From positions 1-37,809 of the IMG/VR virus record IMGVR_UViG_2602041644_000008: a stretch of 37,809 nucleotides of DNA, one strand, 5' to 3'. The stretch's first letter is position 1, and each line of letters opens with the position of its first letter. The DNA is from a virus (lineage: Duplodnaviria > Heunggongvirae > Uroviricota > Caudoviricetes). The notes below the pieces were generated by a model. That model was not told where the DNA came from. It saw only the letters and a program-made list of their open reading frames with translations, and did not search any database. A program made the position numbers and the translations under genes. Shown piece by piece: positions 35,256-37,809 of the stretch.

Positions 35256-35486
35256 TCATGAGTAGAAGAAGTATGCCAGTTCTGCTTTTGAGTGCAGCCA
35301 TTGTCTTGATTTACAGGCTTTAAAAAGCCCATTCATCAATACCTTACCTGGCATTTTGCGCTTACCTGTTAAGTGAGTCTGGATATAGTGACTCGTCGTT
35401 CCGGCTTCCTGTGCGAAGGCTTCACGCTCATCCGGAGTAAGTGCAAGCCAGTGCTTTTTGAAATCGAAATGTCCGTTATCGCTCAT
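35256..35486 (-). CDS. Cro-like transcriptional regulator
   Basis: 76 aa, HTH-like segment; divergent from the repressor gene across an operator-rich region. Confidence 0.55.
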   Translation of the reverse strand: MSDNGHFDFKKHWLALTPDEREAFAQEAGTTSHYIQTHLTGKRKMPGKVLMNGLFKACKSRQWLHSKAELAYFFYS

Positions 35487-35522
35487 AGCTATTGCCTGAT
35501 ATTTATTTCAGATAATAAATAT

Positions 35523-35537
35523 TCACCTATAAGGTAA
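35523..35537. promoter_or_regulatory. Operator TCACC-TATAA-GGTAA (OR-like site 1, copy 9)
   Basis: In the cro/repressor intergenic region; lies in the spacer of a candidate cro promoter (minus strand TTGATT / 17 bp / GAATAT). Confidence 0.55.
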
Positions 35538-35553
35538 CAAAAATCAAGGATAG

Positions 35554-35568
35554 TTACCCATGAGGTGC
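35554..35568. promoter_or_regulatory. Operator TTACC-CATGA-GGTGC (OR-like site 2, copy 10, imperfect)
   Basis: Adjacent (2-bp gap) to site 3. Confidence 0.45.
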
Positions 35569-35570
35569 AT

Positions 35571-35585
35571 TTACCTGTTGGGTAA
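35571..35585. promoter_or_regulatory. Operator TTACC-TGTTG-GGTAA (OR-like site 3, copy 11)
   Basis: Perfect inverted repeat 56 bp upstream of the repressor start codon. Confidence 0.55.
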
Positions 35586-35640
35586 TATTGCTTTAAATTG
35601 AATCATCTTCTGATTCAGATATGAGGCGATTTTCCAGAAA

Positions 35641-36225
35641 ATGAAAAGTATCCAGGACGTCCGCAGGCAAAATCTCAACGACTTGATCGACCGTGAATTC
35701 AATGGTGTTCAGACGCGGATGGCTGAAAAACTTGGAACTCAGGCAAATCTGGTAAACCGCTGGGCTCTTGGCAAGAAGGTTATCGGCGACCAGGTTGCGC
35801 GAAAAATTGAAGCTGCCGCCAATAAACCCCGTAACTGGCTTGATATCGATCGCTCGCTTTCTCAGGAAGGTTTTCAGCCTGTCGGACCAAGCGACATTGG
35901 TCAACTGGCGGCTCACAACCTGGAACGCTGGATGAGCGAAAGCCGCGACCTTTCAACGCAGGGAAAACTTCACCGCGCATCCGGCGTCGCCCAGGTAACA
36001 ATCAGCCGCCTGTTAAACAATGAGGTCAGCGTTTCCATTTCCACCCTGGAGAATGTTGCATCCGCATTTGGGCGTCACGGATATGAATTACTGATTCACC
36101 CGCACGACCCCGCGACTATCAACTATGACCGCTCGCGCTACGCATTGTTACCTGAAACAGAGAAGGCAAAGATCGAAAGTTACATTGAATTTGTCATCAA
36201 CCAGAACGAAAAAAACAAACAATAA
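35641..36225 (+). CDS. Prophage repressor candidate, tandem HTH (XRE-type), no autocleavage domain
   Basis: 194 aa with two HTH-like segments (QTRMAEKLGTQANLVNRWALG and SGVAQVTISRLLNNEVSVSISTLENVA); no Ala-Gly/Ser-Lys protease signature seen; divergent from cro; followed by a terminator. Confidence 0.55.
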   Translation: MKSIQDVRRQNLNDLIDREFNGVQTRMAEKLGTQANLVNRWALGKKVIGDQVARKIEAAANKPRNWLDIDRSLSQEGFQPVGPSDIGQLAAHNLERWMSESRDLSTQGKLHRASGVAQVTISRLLNNEVSVSISTLENVASAFGRHGYELLIHPHDPATINYDRSRYALLPETEKAKIESYIEFVINQNEKNKQ

Positions 36226-36247
36226 AATCATATTTTTCAGTAAGTAA

Positions 36248-36272
36248 GCCGCCTTCTGGCGGCTTTTTTATT
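36248..36272 (+). terminator. Rho-independent terminator after the repressor gene
   Basis: GCCGCC-TTCT-GGCGGC followed by TTTTTTATT. Confidence 0.65.
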
Positions 36273-36282
36273 GCCTATTTGA

Positions 36283-36297
36283 TTACCTAACGGGTAA
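36283..36297. promoter_or_regulatory. Operator TTACC-TAACG-GGTAA (OL-like site, copy 12)
   Basis: Perfect inverted repeat with A/T flanks just after the repressor terminator. Confidence 0.55.
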
Positions 36298-36344
36298 TTT
36301 TTTTAACTCATATCTATTGACATCAAACCAGATACGCATAATTA

Positions 36345-36359
36345 TTACCTCAACGGTAA
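36345..36359. promoter_or_regulatory. Operator TTACC-TCAAC-GGTAA (OL-like site, copy 13) overlapping pL-like promoter
   Basis: TTGACA at 36317-36322, AT-rich -10 region, operator at the predicted start site; 20 nt upstream of the first early-left ORF. Confidence 0.55.
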
Positions 36360-36378
36360 CAGACCGAGGTAACAAGTT

Positions 36379-36531
36379 ATGCAGTGGAAAATCATCAACG
36401 GTTGGTACTGCGTTACTGCATGCGGATTCATGAGCTGGAAGTTCCGCACCTTACAGGAAGGCATTAAGTGGGCTTTCGTCAGCAAAGAAGCTCGCGATGT
36501 GGCCAACGATAACGAGATATGGGAGGGCTGA
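36379..36531 (+). CDS. Small early-left ORF (50 aa, uncertain)
   Basis: SD GAGGT 8 nt upstream; stop overlaps the next gene's RBS; below the ORF-track length cutoff. Confidence 0.3.
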   Translation: MQWKIINGWYCVTACGFMSWKFRTLQEGIKWAFVSKEARDVANDNEIWEG

Positions 36532-36533
36532 TA

Positions 36534-36833
36534 ATGAACGTTAATCAGCAGAAAAATCTTCAAAAAATCATGCTGGCATTCGACAAGGACTACCGCCTGT
36601 CAGAACAGCTATATGACCGACAAGTTGAACTGATTGAGAGTATCCGGCTTCATCAACTGGCATCAACTTTCGACGTTGTAACAGTTAAAGGCGTTCGCCA
36701 GGAAGTACTGGAGGCCGCTAAAGACAGTCCAGAGTTCGAAGAACTGATGGATTCCTACCGGCGCGAGGCAATGGCAATTATCGCCCGCTGGGATCTGGCT
36801 GATCAGCTTGATGGGCAGAGGGACGCGGCATGA
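36534..36833 (+). CDS. Hypothetical early protein
   Basis: SD GGAGGG upstream; 99 aa; coupled to the downstream gene by ATGA overlap. Confidence 0.45.
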   Translation: MNVNQQKNLQKIMLAFDKDYRLSEQLYDRQVELIESIRLHQLASTFDVVTVKGVRQEVLEAAKDSPEFEELMDSYRREAMAIIARWDLADQLDGQRDAA

Positions 36834-37036
36834 AACCAACACTCCTCTCATTGCTGCGAGGTGGAAAACACAGCATCCGAGATATGGCAAAGATTCTTGG
36901 TATCTCAAGATCGAAGGTTTCTTGGTTCATCGCTGAGCTTGAACGTCGCAAATGGGTAGAGGTAACCAGGAGCGCAATATATTTCCACGATGGAACCAGA
37001 TCCAACAAGCAGAACGAATACAAGGTTAAGTTATGA
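36830..37036 (+). CDS. Small HTH DNA-binding protein
   Basis: 68 aa; HTH-like segment MAKILGISRSKVSWFIAELERRKWV. Confidence 0.45.
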   Translation: MKPTLLSLLRGGKHSIRDMAKILGISRSKVSWFIAELERRKWVEVTRSAIYFHDGTRSNKQNEYKVKL

Positions 37037-37581
37037 ATACTGGCATCTATTTCGACATCAGCAATGAGGACTACCACGCCGGTGACGGCGTGAGTAAGTC
37101 GCAACTAGACATGGTTGCCAAGAATCCGGCGCTTCTTAAATGGGTTCAGGCAGCACCAGAAGACGAAGAGAAAAAGTCTGCACTGGATATGGGAACCGCA
37201 TTGCACTGTCTGCTTCTGGAGCCTGGAGAGTTCGACAAACGCTTCATTGTTTCACCGAAATTCGATCGTCGGACGAAACAAGGTAAAGCTGACGAAGAGG
37301 CATTTCTTCGTGATGTGGCGGATATGGGGATTACGGTACTTGATGCCGAGCAGTGGCGGAAACTGGAGCTGATGCGTGATAGCGCAATGGCTCACCCGGC
37401 GGCACGCTGGATGCTGGAAGCACCTGGTTACTGCGAAGCATCAATGTACTGGAACGATGAAGATACTGGTGAGTTGTGCCGCATTCGTCCAGACAAATGG
37501 CTGAACGAGCACAACGTGATCGTCGACGTGAAAAAGGTTGCAGATATGGACCGTTTTGCATGTCAACGCCACGATGTTTGA
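37033..37581 (+). CDS. RecE/exonuclease VIII-like PD-(D/E)XK nuclease, probably truncated by IS insertion
   Basis: N-terminus GIYFDISNEDYHAGDGVSKSQL and IVDVKK motif fit the recombination-exonuclease family; ORF stops a few codons after the catalytic motif where IS-derived sequence begins. Confidence 0.45.
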   Translation: MNTGIYFDISNEDYHAGDGVSKSQLDMVAKNPALLKWVQAAPEDEEKKSALDMGTALHCLLLEPGEFDKRFIVSPKFDRRTKQGKADEEAFLRDVADMGITVLDAEQWRKLELMRDSAMAHPAARWMLEAPGYCEASMYWNDEDTGELCRIRPDKWLNEHNVIVDVKKVADMDRFACQRHDV

Positions 37582-37620
37582 CCGTTATTTGCCATTTTCA
37601 TGCCCGCTAAGATACTTTCG

Positions 37621-37809
<189 letters not shown>

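Overview
The window holds two chromosomal genes (1-1071: a glycine-zipper lipoprotein and a secreted coiled-coil protein) followed by nearly a whole temperate, short-tailed (podovirus-type) prophage that runs to the window end, where an IS21-family element cuts into it. Most prophage genes are on the minus strand. From high to low coordinates: early-left genes (RecE-like exonuclease interrupted by the IS), an immunity region (tandem-HTH repressor divergent from a cro-like gene), an O-like initiator with internal iterons and a lambda-P-like helicase loader, a nin-like region with small nucleases, terS/terL, a plus-strand island (tRNA-Arg UCU plus a small gene), portal/scaffold/capsid, a T7-like tail and ejection set (tubular A/B and four internal proteins), an AT-rich accessory island, a beta-helix tailspike, and a lysis cassette (holin-like genes, GH19 endolysin, Rz/Rz1) next to the host junction. 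The most notable signals are (1) 13 copies of the palindrome ATTACC-N5-GGTAAT, all intergenic, arranged like lambda OR/OL at the immunity region and also in front of accessory, nin, replication and portal units, suggesting one repressor regulon; (2) a near-consensus LexA box directly upstream of a small gene that is a stand-alone copy of the C-terminal domain of the adjacent BRO-N antirepressor, while the repressor has no visible autocleavage domain; (3) a two-gene cassette whose second gene resembles YafO-family toxins; (4) a 12-bp perfect palindrome GTGACATGTCAC present twice, bracketing the terminase genes. All family assignments rest on motif recall and gene order, not on database searches, and need HMM/BLAST confirmation.
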